From assembly GCA_046758705.1 (NCBI GenBank), contig JBHIAT010000084.1:1-14952 (forward strand): a stretch of DNA of 14,952 nucleotides, in the 5' to 3' direction. Source of the stretch: Candidatus Bipolaricaulia bacterium. Lineage in GTDB: Bacteria; Bipolaricaulota; Bipolaricaulia; JBHIAT01. The position numbers and the translations under genes were made by a program. The notes beneath the pieces were generated by a model, which saw only the letters and a program-made list of their open reading frames with translations, was not told where the DNA came from and did not search any database. Below, in pieces: positions 1 to 7,378 of the stretch (position 1 is the first letter of the stretch; the number at the start of each line of letters is the position of its first letter).

Positions 1-2
1 GC

Positions 3-1688
3 GTGCAGGTGGACAGTGATCCAGAGATGACTCCCCGCCAGCAGATTGTCAGTATAGCCTATGCGTTTGTGGCGGACACAGCGGACAGTATTGCGGACAA
101 CACCGTGAACTCCTCCAAGATTGTCGATGGCAGTGTCGATACGGTGGACATTGCCGACGGGGCCGTGTCGCTCGCGAAGCTGGCGAGTGACTCCGTAGAC
201 TCCTCCAAGATTCAAGATGGCAGCGTCGCGGCCGCGGATGTGGGCTTCAACTATGCCGGGAGCGCCACTCCAGGTGGGCCAGCGAGTGACTTGAACTGCA
301 CCGGCTGTGTTTCCTCAGGGGAACTAGATTTTACCCCTGGAACAGGAGATATCACGGCAGTGAATGCCGGGACGGGTTTGACCGGGGGTGGTACCAGTGG
401 GGATGTGACGCTCTCCGTTGACTTTGCTGGCACCGGTATTGCCGACACTGTGGCTCGCAGCGACCATGACCACGACGCTACCTATGTTGACGTGACAGGG
501 GATACGATGACGGGCGCGCTCACGATGAACACCAGCACTGGAACTGACGTCGCTGTCACCGAATCTGGCATTGACCGCAGCTCTCCTACCGCCGAAACGT
601 TCAACATTCAGAATTCTGATGCTGCTGGCACGATGACCCTGCAGGTAGACGGCAGCACCGTCTGGACGGAGGGCAACGATGGCTCAGGCAGCGGCCTGGA
701 TGCTGACCTGTTGGACGGGCAGGACGCCAGCGCCTTTGCCGCAGTCAGCCATAACCACTCCAGTGATGACATTGTCGACGGTACGGTGACACTCGCGAAG
801 CTAGCAGCCAACTCCGTGGACTCCACCAAGATTGCGGATGGCAGTGTCGCTACAGCGGACATTGCCGACTTGGCAGTGACACTCGCCAAGCTGGCAGCTG
901 ACTCCGTGGACTCCTCCAAGATTGAAGATGGCAGCGTCACAACAGCGGACCTGAATTTTACCCCTGGTGATATCACGGCAGTGAATGTGGGGGGAGGTCT
1001 GACCGGGGGCGGCATCGACGGGGATGTGACACTCTCCCTGACCACTGCCTATCAGTTGCCGCAGGGCTGCTCCGCCGACCAGGTCGCTAAGTGGAACGCC
1101 ACCAACAACCGGTGGAAGTGCGATGACGATGTAGACACCGACACCGACACCACCTACACTAATGGCACAGGGCTGTCATTGTCGGCTGGCAACCAGTTCA
1201 GCGTGGCCACTGCCTATCAGTTGCCGCAGGGCTGCTCCGCCGACCAGGTCGCTAAGTGGAACGCCACCAACAACCGGTGGAAGTGTAGTGACGATGTAGA
1301 CACCGACACTGATACTGACACCACCTATACCGCTGGTACAGGGCTGTCATTAGCTGGTACCCAGTTCAGCGTGGACTTCAACACCGTCTGGAGCCTGACC
1401 GGCAACAGTGTCTCCACCACCGACTTCCTGGGCACCACGAACACCCGAGATCTCGTTATCAAGACCAAGGGAGCTGAGGCAATGCGCATCGACACCAACG
1501 GCAATGTCGGCATCGGGACGGCGAATCCGCAGAGCACTTTGCAGGTCGAAGGATATATCCAGCTTGCCTTGACCGCAGGAGCACCCTCCAACGGGGACTG
1601 TAAAGCGACCACGAAAGGACGTATGAAGTTTGATTCGGCGACGGGTACCCTATACATCTGCGGAGACAGTGGGTGGGTCTCGAAGTAG
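3..1688 (+). CDS. Repeat-rich tail-fibre-like / trimeric adhesin-like surface protein, 5'-partial (runs in from the window edge)
   Basis: Frame is open from the window edge to TAG at 1686-1688. Contains a 'TPRQQIVSIAYA' motif, decapeptide repeats (SSKIxDGSV / DIADxAVTLAKL), two GDITAVNxGxGLTGGG..GDVTLS units, the fibre motif GNDGSGSGLDADLLDG, a duplicated 55-aa Cys-pair unit, WSLTGN...NGNVGIGTANPQSTLQV and a C-terminal C..GRMKFD..LYIC..GW motif. Confidence 0.75.
   Translation: MQVDSDPEMTPRQQIVSIAYAFVADTADSIADNTVNSSKIVDGSVDTVDIADGAVSLAKLASDSVDSSKIQDGSVAAADVGFNYAGSATPGGPASDLNCTGCVSSGELDFTPGTGDITAVNAGTGLTGGGTSGDVTLSVDFAGTGIADTVARSDHDHDATYVDVTGDTMTGALTMNTSTGTDVAVTESGIDRSSPTAETFNIQNSDAAGTMTLQVDGSTVWTEGNDGSGSGLDADLLDGQDASAFAAVSHNHSSDDIVDGTVTLAKLAANSVDSTKIADGSVATADIADLAVTLAKLAADSVDSSKIEDGSVTTADLNFTPGDITAVNVGGGLTGGGIDGDVTLSLTTAYQLPQGCSADQVAKWNATNNRWKCDDDVDTDTDTTYTNGTGLSLSAGNQFSVATAYQLPQGCSADQVAKWNATNNRWKCSDDVDTDTDTDTTYTAGTGLSLAGTQFSVDFNTVWSLTGNSVSTTDFLGTTNTRDLVIKTKGAEAMRIDTNGNVGIGTANPQSTLQVEGYIQLALTAGAPSNGDCKATTKGRMKFDSATGTLYICGDSGWVSK
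786..950 (+). repeat. 90-bp-period intragenic repeat (30 aa, three decapeptides)
   Basis: 786-860 (gtgacactcgcgaagct...acagcggac) aligns with 876-950 (gtgacactcgccaagct...acagcggac). A related unit lies near 166-238. Confidence 0.85.
1042..1374 (+). repeat. Tandem intragenic duplication, 165 bp + 168 bp
   Basis: 1042-1120 is identical to 1207-1285 (79 bp). The remainder is diverged and both copies end in ccagttcagcgtgg. Encodes TAYQLPQGCSADQVAKWNATNNRWKC...(DT)n twice. Confidence 0.95.
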
Positions 1689-1754
1689 TATTAACAGCAG
1701 ATCCAAGGTCCTCGCAATGCGAGAGCAATTGGGTAAGGGGAGAAAACGAGCAAA

Positions 1755-3296
1755 ATGAGCCGGGGACTTAAGTTACTGGCGATGACCATTAGCGGTCTCT
1801 TTTTGGCCCATCTGGCTTGGGCCCTATCCTCGTCTAACTTCAGGATGGATTGGCCGGCTCTGACCAGCGGAGGGGGGAGCCGTAGCTCGACAAGCCATCA
1901 AGTGGATGATACTACCGGTCGGTATGCTATCAGAGAATCCAATAGCACCAACTTCCAACTCTGCACCGGTCTTCTATGTCTTAGTAATGTTACACCGACG
2001 GCTGGTTTTACTTTCTCTCCCAGCAATCCCACAACACAGGACACCGCTCAGTTCACCGATCAATCAATCGATCTAGATGGGACGATCGTCTCCTGGCTGT
2101 GGGACTTCGGAGACGCCCAGAATGCCAGTCAGCAGAATTCCACCCACCAGTATGCCAATAATGGCGTCTATACCGTGAACCTGACGGTGGCCGACAATGA
2201 TGGGGCAACCGGCACAACCTCCCAAGAGATCATCATCACGCCTGATGACGTCGACGTCACCTCCACGACCCAAACGACCGCCTCCGGGACCGATATCGTG
2301 GATGCCCTCACTGAGGCGAACACCAGGGTGACCAAGGAAGGGGACGGCACCCCCAGGGTCACCGTCGTCCAGTTCTCCGACAACCCCGGCCTTGACACTC
2401 CGTTGTTCCAGACCTTCGACGGGAGTTTCATCGACGTCCACTTCGACGACGTGACCGACGTCACTGGAGTGACGATCGAGTACTTCTATCCCAAGGACGT
2501 TGACGAGAACAAGGTCAAGATGTACTGGTGGGATGGGAATGAATGGGTGGTCGCCTCCGATCAGATCGTCGACCCAACGGACACTAACTCCTATGGTGGC
2601 AAGATCGTGGTGACGGTGAATGCCACGACCACCCCGTCGCTGTCGGATCTCATCGGAGCGCTCCTGGCGGTCAGCATCAACGAGCTGCCGAAGAGCACGG
2701 TGACCTCGCCGAACGGCGGGGAGCGGATTCATGGTACACATGCGATCACCTGGACCGCCAATGATCCGGACGACACTCAAGCCGACTTGACGATCAAGCT
2801 GGAGTACTCGGTCGACGGCGGGAGCAACTGGAACCTGATCGTTGAGGGTCTGTCCGGCACCCCCTCCAGCTTCGACTGGAATACCACGTCACCCAACCTC
2901 CAAAGCGGGAATCAGTACAAGGTACGGGTGATGGTCACCGATCCCAATAGCGCCAGCGATGCGGACGAGAGCGACGCAGCCTTCTCGATCGTCAGCTTCG
3001 CCGGATTGGTCACCCACGGGCCTAACCCGGTCGACACCTCTGCCATCTTCTACGTTGCGCTTCCTGAGGATGCCACACCACCACCCTCCGAAGCAACCTT
3101 GTATATCTTCGATGTCGCCGGGGTGCTCGTCCATCAAGAGTCGCTTGACCTGACCGGACTCGCTGCCGGAGAGTTCCTGGATCCCCCGCCGTCGTGGGAC
3201 CCCTCGGGGTTGTCCAACGGCGTCTATCTGTACATCGTCATCTACGAGGACGGAACCCGGTCTAATACTGGAAAACTGTTTATCCAGCATGAGTGA
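1755..3296 (+). CDS. Secreted PKD/Ig-domain surface protein with C-terminal T9SS CTD-like (FlgD-Ig/Por secretion tail-like) domain
   Basis: Sec signal peptide (MSRGLKLL...AWA). PKD motif PTAGFTFSP...SWLWDFGD...HQY...GVYTVNLTV. Ig-like TVTSPNGGE...ITW...LEYSVDGGSNW...YKVRV. C-terminus HGPNPV...LYIFDVAGVLV...LSNGVYLYIV...GKLFIQ. Purine-rich RBS upstream. Confidence 0.85.
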   Translation: MSRGLKLLAMTISGLFLAHLAWALSSSNFRMDWPALTSGGGSRSSTSHQVDDTTGRYAIRESNSTNFQLCTGLLCLSNVTPTAGFTFSPSNPTTQDTAQFTDQSIDLDGTIVSWLWDFGDAQNASQQNSTHQYANNGVYTVNLTVADNDGATGTTSQEIIITPDDVDVTSTTQTTASGTDIVDALTEANTRVTKEGDGTPRVTVVQFSDNPGLDTPLFQTFDGSFIDVHFDDVTDVTGVTIEYFYPKDVDENKVKMYWWDGNEWVVASDQIVDPTDTNSYGGKIVVTVNATTTPSLSDLIGALLAVSINELPKSTVTSPNGGERIHGTHAITWTANDPDDTQADLTIKLEYSVDGGSNWNLIVEGLSGTPSSFDWNTTSPNLQSGNQYKVRVMVTDPNSASDADESDAAFSIVSFAGLVTHGPNPVDTSAIFYVALPEDATPPPSEATLYIFDVAGVLVHQESLDLTGLAAGEFLDPPPSWDPSGLSNGVYLYIVIYEDGTRSNTGKLFIQHE

Positions 3297-3315
3297 GGGA
3301 GGTTCGTAGTGTAGC

Positions 3316-4233
3316 ATGGAGAGGATGATCATGAAAAACTTCATCACCGCGTTCCTGGGGAGTCTGTTGTTGCTGAGCGGAGTAGTGACTTCTGGGCTGG
3401 CGCAGGGGACGTCACCCCCCGCTGCCCTGTTCCAGATCGGCATGGGCGCTCGGCCGTTGGGGATGGGCGGTGCGTTCGTCGCCGTGGTCGATGATGAGAG
3501 TGCGCTGTTCTACAACCCTGCCGGGCTCGGTGACCTGGAGTCCATCGGCCTCACCTCGTTCTACAGCACTCAATTTAACGCCGTCAACTACGGGGCAATC
3601 GGGTGGGGTCAGCCGTCCCTGGGGCTGGGGGTGCTTCTTCTCAACACCCAAGGGGAACGGCGGGACACGCTCGCTAACCCGTTAGAAACCTTCAGCCACA
3701 CCGAAGTGGGGGTGATCGGCTCAGCCGGGGTGCCGTTGGGTCCGATCGCTGCAGGGGGAGTCAGAGGTCGGTACTACCAGGTGGTCAGTCTGGATGCCGG
3801 GAGTGGCTCAGGATGGGTCATCGATGTGGGTGGTTTGCTCCGACTGGGGCCAATCCGGATCGGGGCGATGATGGAGAACGTCTTCAACCAGACGATCACC
3901 TACAACAGCGGCTACAGCGAGGCATGGGCGCAGAAGCTCAGGGTAGGGACGGCGCTGACGCTCGGCATCCTCAACCTGGCGGTGGATGTCGATAGGCTCG
4001 GGCTCATCGGAGAGAACCCAGTGATCCATGCGGGGGTTGAGGCATGGTTTGGAGAGCTGGGCATTCGGGGTGGAGCGTGGGGGTCATCGGAGGCATTGGA
4101 GGCCGGGAGTGTGAACTTCACATTGGGGGCGAGCTTTCGATCGGAGAGGTTGGAGATCGACTATGCGTATTTGATGCACGCCCAACTCGACGACACGCAC
4201 CGGGTGTCCCTGACCCTCCGGTTTGGGTCTTAG
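3316..4233 (+). CDS. PorV/PorQ-family (UPF0164-like) outer-membrane beta-barrel protein; start may be ATG 3331
   Basis: Signal peptide followed by the signature GMGARPLGMGGAFVAVVDDESALFYNPAGL, alternating amphipathic strands and C-terminal IDYAY...DTHRVSLTLRF. Confidence 0.85.
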   Translation: MERMIMKNFITAFLGSLLLLSGVVTSGLAQGTSPPAALFQIGMGARPLGMGGAFVAVVDDESALFYNPAGLGDLESIGLTSFYSTQFNAVNYGAIGWGQPSLGLGVLLLNTQGERRDTLANPLETFSHTEVGVIGSAGVPLGPIAAGGVRGRYYQVVSLDAGSGSGWVIDVGGLLRLGPIRIGAMMENVFNQTITYNSGYSEAWAQKLRVGTALTLGILNLAVDVDRLGLIGENPVIHAGVEAWFGELGIRGGAWGSSEALEAGSVNFTLGASFRSERLEIDYAYLMHAQLDDTHRVSLTLRFGS

Positions 4234-4258
4234 CGCCTATCCTTATCCCATCCCGCTT

Positions 4259-4735
4259 CTACTCTTTTGGTGCTTCATCGTCTTGAGTCTGTGATTGTAA
4301 GATTTCTATGAACCGTGCCGGAGAGACGATCTGGACTCCCTCATAACTGCCTAAATCCGTCAAATCTGGATCTCCAGAGACGATATAGTCAGCTCTGCCT
4401 TCGACAGCGACGATCACAAATTTGTCATCATCTGGGTCCCTTTCGATCACTCGGATTTTCAGCTCGCCCGCTGTCTTAACAGCCAACCGTTCCACCGACT
4501 GGAGAAGCTCCTTTACCTCCGCATCGCTCCAGGGGCTGATTGCCCTGATTCTTGGGTAAAAGAGCACCTCCTGCATCTCCTCCAGAATGGCAGGTGAGGT
4601 GATCAGTTGATACTGCCGCTCTATCCGTCACGCATCGACAATCTTAGCCGGATTTCCTTCAGCGACCACGGTGGCACTAACGAAGAGGTTGGTATCGACA
4701 ACCACCTTAAGGATTGCTTTGTTAGCACGTTTCAT
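4259..4735 (-). pseudogene. PIN-domain (VapC-like) toxin interrupted by an in-frame TGA at 4630-4628
   Basis: ATG at 4735 overlaps the antitoxin stop (ATGA). Reads MKRANKAILKVVVDTNLFVSA...KIVDA*RIERQYQLITSPAILEEMQEVL and continues in the same frame into the listed ORF with RDPDDDKF...ADYIVSGDPDL. The full frame would be 158 codons. Confidence 0.88.
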
Positions 4736-5022
4736 TCACGACCCTTCGCTCGTTTCTCCCGTCTTACAGCAGCTACAGCCTCGGTCACCGCTTGCTCTAT
4801 CTCCTTGGGGTCCTTATCCTTGTTGTATACTCTTGCCTGATTGATCAATTCATCCAGCCGCTTCCAGGCCTGTTCACGGTCGAGGGTAACGACCGGCCTT
4901 AGGACGATGAGGTTGTCTTTGAGCTCGGCTTCTAACAGGTCACCTCTTTCTAGGTCCAAGGCCCTGCGTATAGCGGCGGGAAGGGTAATCTGTCCATTTC
5001 TGAGGACTTTGATCGTTGCCAT
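4732..5022 (-). CDS. AbrB/MazE/SpoVT-family antitoxin
   Basis: N-terminal KVLRNGQITLPAAIRRALDLERGDLL...IVLRP swapped-hairpin motif. RBS GAGGAG upstream. Coupled to the PIN gene. Confidence 0.92.
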   Translation of the reverse strand: MATIKVLRNGQITLPAAIRRALDLERGDLLEAELKDNLIVLRPVVTLDREQAWKRLDELINQARVYNKDKDPKEIEQAVTEAVAAVRREKRAKGRE

Positions 5023-5057
5023 CGGTAAGGTTCTCTCCTCGTTCTTGGTTCGGTGAT

Positions 5058-5103
5058 TACTAATTTACATAATTAGTATAAATCGAAGTGGGATCTGGGT
5101 CAA
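5058..5103 (-). promoter_or_regulatory. Sigma70-type promoter of the TA operon with overlapping palindromic operator
   Basis: Minus strand TTGACC (5103-5098), 17-bp spacer, TATACT (5080-5075). Perfect inverted repeat TACTAATT-N5-AATTAGTA at 5058-5078 overlaps the -10 and start region. Confidence 0.8.
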
Positions 5104-5105
5104 TG

Positions 5106-5225
5106 TCAACCCGAGGAACCGGGCCGCTGGAAGCAGATGACCAAGCCCTTCACCTTCCGAAGCTCCCCATCCCAAGCGATAAGGTCTATGCTGGTGGACA
5201 GGGCGATCCGGCTTTTACATTCGTC
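5106..5225 (-). pseudogene. Probable C-terminal fragment of another PIN toxin
   Basis: Start-less minus frame reads ...RIALSTSIDLIAWDGELRKVKGLVICF..., resembling the PIN C-terminal 'A...L(IV)TxDxxLxKVxGL' segment. Confidence 0.4.
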
Positions 5226-5235
5226 TTAAAGCTTA

Positions 5236-5310
5236 TCACTTGAGCCGACGGAAGTCTTCTTCAGTAATGCCCAGCGACCCTTTCCAGCTCCCTTCCTTAT
5301 TTCGCTCAGT
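5236..5310 (-). pseudogene. Possible C-terminal fragment of a TA gene (HicA-like or antitoxin-like)
   Basis: Start-less minus frame reads ...GSWKGSLGITEEDFRRLK followed by TGA TAA. Confidence 0.3.
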
Positions 5311-5435
5311 TCACTACAAAATCTTACCGCAATGTAGAAGGTCTTTCCAACTTCAACGGGGTCAACCTCTAGGCATTAGTCAAGGATTGGCTCTTCTAGA
5401 AGCTACGGAGTCAACTCACTCGGGTTTTCTACATG

Positions 5436-7373
5436 CTACACGGCCTTTTCGATCTCCTCCAGCGCCTGGGGGTTCTCCAAACCCGAAAGGTCGCCGGGGT
5501 CTTCGCCGATCGCCACCGCCCGAATCGCTCGCCTTAATATCTTCGCATTGCGCGTCTTGGGAAGCTCTTTGGCGAACTTGATTTGCTTGGGTGCGAACGG
5601 CTTACCCAGCCTGTCCACAGCCAGCCGACGCAGCTCGTTTCTCAGCCGGTTGCTGGGCTCATAGTCGGTCCGGAGCACCACGTAACACAAGATCGCTTCA
5701 CCTTTGAGCTCATGCGGTACGCCGATCGCCGCCGACTCTGAGACGGCCGGGTGCGAGACGAGCACCGATTCGACCTCCGCCGGCCCCAGACGCTTGCCTG
5801 CAATCTTAATGGTGTCATCACTTCGGCCGTGCAGAAACCAGAAGCCGTCCTCGTCGATATACGCCCAATCGCCGTGAATCCAAACGTTCTCGAATCTGGA
5901 CCAGTAGGTCTCTAGATAGCGATCGGGGTCCTTCCAGAGTCCGCGCGTCATCGCCGGCCAAGGTTTTTTGCAGACGAGCTCCCCGACCTGCCCTCTCACC
6001 GGCTTTCCTGATTCGTCGAAGACATCGATATCCATCCCCAGCGCTGGGCCGCGTAGCGTACAGGATTTGAGCTCCGTGATCGGCAACGGCGAGAGAAAAC
6101 ACGCCCCTATTTCAGTGCCTCCGGAGAGATTGATGATCGGACAACGTCCCTGGCCCACGTGCTCGAAACACCACCGATACGGGTCGGGGTTCCAGGGCTC
6201 GCCCGTGGAGCCCAACACTCTCAATGAGCTCAGGTCATGTTTTCTGAGGGGCGCTTTGCCATAGCGCATCAGCGCCCGGATCAGCGTGGGCGAGATCCCC
6301 AGCGTGGTGATTCGATGGCGCTCGACCATCGCCCACAGGCGATCGGACGCCGGATGATTCGGGGCACCCTCATATAGAAAAATCGTCCCACCCAGGGCTA
6401 GACCCCCGACGACCTCCCAAGGGCCCATGATCCAGCCCATGTCTGTCACCCAATAGAGCACATCTTCATCCTGCAGATCCGTTTGGTAGGCGACCTCCTC
6501 GGCAATCTTCACCGTGAAGCCCCCGTGTACGTGCACGGAGCCCTTGGGCCTGCCGGTTGTCCCCGACGTGTAGATGATCATGAACGGATCCTCGGAATCC
6601 ATCGGTTCCGAAGGACACACTTCAGACCGCTCGGAGACCAGCTCGTGCCACCAGAGATCTCGCCCTTTCGTCCACGGAATCTTCAATCCTGATTGTTTCA
6701 GGACGATCACCTTCTCGATACCTGGAGACCGTGCGACGGCCTCATCAACGACCCTTTTCATCTCGACCGCTTTGCCTCTGCGACTGAAGCCGTCGGCCGT
6801 GATCAACAGTTTCGCTTCACAGTCATTGATCCGGGTGGCCACCGCTTCAACTCCGAAGCCGGAGAAGATGGGGACGAGGATCGCTCCGATCTTCGCCACC
6901 GCCAGAAACGCGGCCACGATCTCGGGAACCATGGGCATGAACAGACCCACCGCGTCGCCCGTGCCGATACCCAGCTCTTTGAGTGTATTCGCCAGTCGGT
7001 TGGTCTCGCGGCTCAGCTCCTCATAAGTGAGCCGTTTCACCGCCTCGTCCTCGCCCTCCCAGATGACGGCGACTTTGTCCTTTCTGGGTCCGTGGACATG
7101 CTTATCGAGACAGTTATGGGCCAGATTGATCTTTCCCCCGACGAACCACTGGGCCCAGGGGATGCCCTGGGACAGATCTAAGATCTTTTCATAGGGCGCG
7201 AAGAACTCGATCTTTAAATCCTTCACGACGGCGTCCCAGAACCACTCGATGTCGTCCGTCGAGCGCCGCACGAGTTCATCGTAGCTTTCGATCCCATGTT
7301 GGTTCATGAAGCGTTTCACGTTGCTCGTTTCAACCAGCTCAGGGAGCGGAGCCCAGATGATCTCCTCAGCCAT
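5436..7373 (-). CDS. AMP-forming acyl-CoA synthetase (acetate-CoA ligase / acetoacetyl-CoA synthetase-like subfamily)
   Basis: P-loop YTSGTTGRPKG, TDMGWIMG, STGEPWNP, SGGTE, GRSDDTIKIAGKRLG and catalytic-Lys motif LPKTRNAKILRR. ATG 7373 (MAEEIIW) is preceded by SD GGAGGTGA, which overlaps the upstream stop, so it is preferred over 7388. Confidence 0.92.
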   Translation of the reverse strand: MAEEIIWAPLPELVETSNVKRFMNQHGIESYDELVRRSTDDIEWFWDAVVKDLKIEFFAPYEKILDLSQGIPWAQWFVGGKINLAHNCLDKHVHGPRKDKVAVIWEGEDEAVKRLTYEELSRETNRLANTLKELGIGTGDAVGLFMPMVPEIVAAFLAVAKIGAILVPIFSGFGVEAVATRINDCEAKLLITADGFSRRGKAVEMKRVVDEAVARSPGIEKVIVLKQSGLKIPWTKGRDLWWHELVSERSEVCPSEPMDSEDPFMIIYTSGTTGRPKGSVHVHGGFTVKIAEEVAYQTDLQDEDVLYWVTDMGWIMGPWEVVGGLALGGTIFLYEGAPNHPASDRLWAMVERHRITTLGISPTLIRALMRYGKAPLRKHDLSSLRVLGSTGEPWNPDPYRWCFEHVGQGRCPIINLSGGTEIGACFLSPLPITELKSCTLRGPALGMDIDVFDESGKPVRGQVGELVCKKPWPAMTRGLWKDPDRYLETYWSRFENVWIHGDWAYIDEDGFWFLHGRSDDTIKIAGKRLGPAEVESVLVSHPAVSESAAIGVPHELKGEAILCYVVLRTDYEPSNRLRNELRRLAVDRLGKPFAPKQIKFAKELPKTRNAKILRRAIRAVAIGEDPGDLSGLENPQALEEIEKAV

Positions 7374-7378
7374 ATCCT

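Noticed and set aside
1042-1374. Repeats as a CRISPR array or a diversity-generating retroelement TR/VR pair
   Set aside because: They are in-frame coding tandem repeats with no spacers, the differences are not adenine-specific, and no cas or reverse transcriptase gene is present.
251-3443. Several minus-strand ORFs (251-448, 608-1045, 1325-1657, 2073-2780, 2889-3443 and others)
   Set aside because: Antisense shadows of well-supported plus-strand genes.
4628-4630. TGA as reassigned Trp (alternative genetic code) or selenocysteine
   Set aside because: TGA is the ordinary stop of several intact genes here (3294-3296, 11433-11435, 12861-12863), TGG is used for Trp, the site is not a Cys-type position, and I see no SECIS-like hairpin.
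5332-5434. ATGTAGAA...TTCTACAT inverted ends suggesting a MITE or IS remnant
   Set aside because: Only about 8 bp match, no clear target-site duplication and no transposase remnant.
5240-5581. 113-aa plus-strand ORF
   Set aside because: TTG start, overlaps the end of the ligase gene on the opposite strand, and has no motif or RBS.
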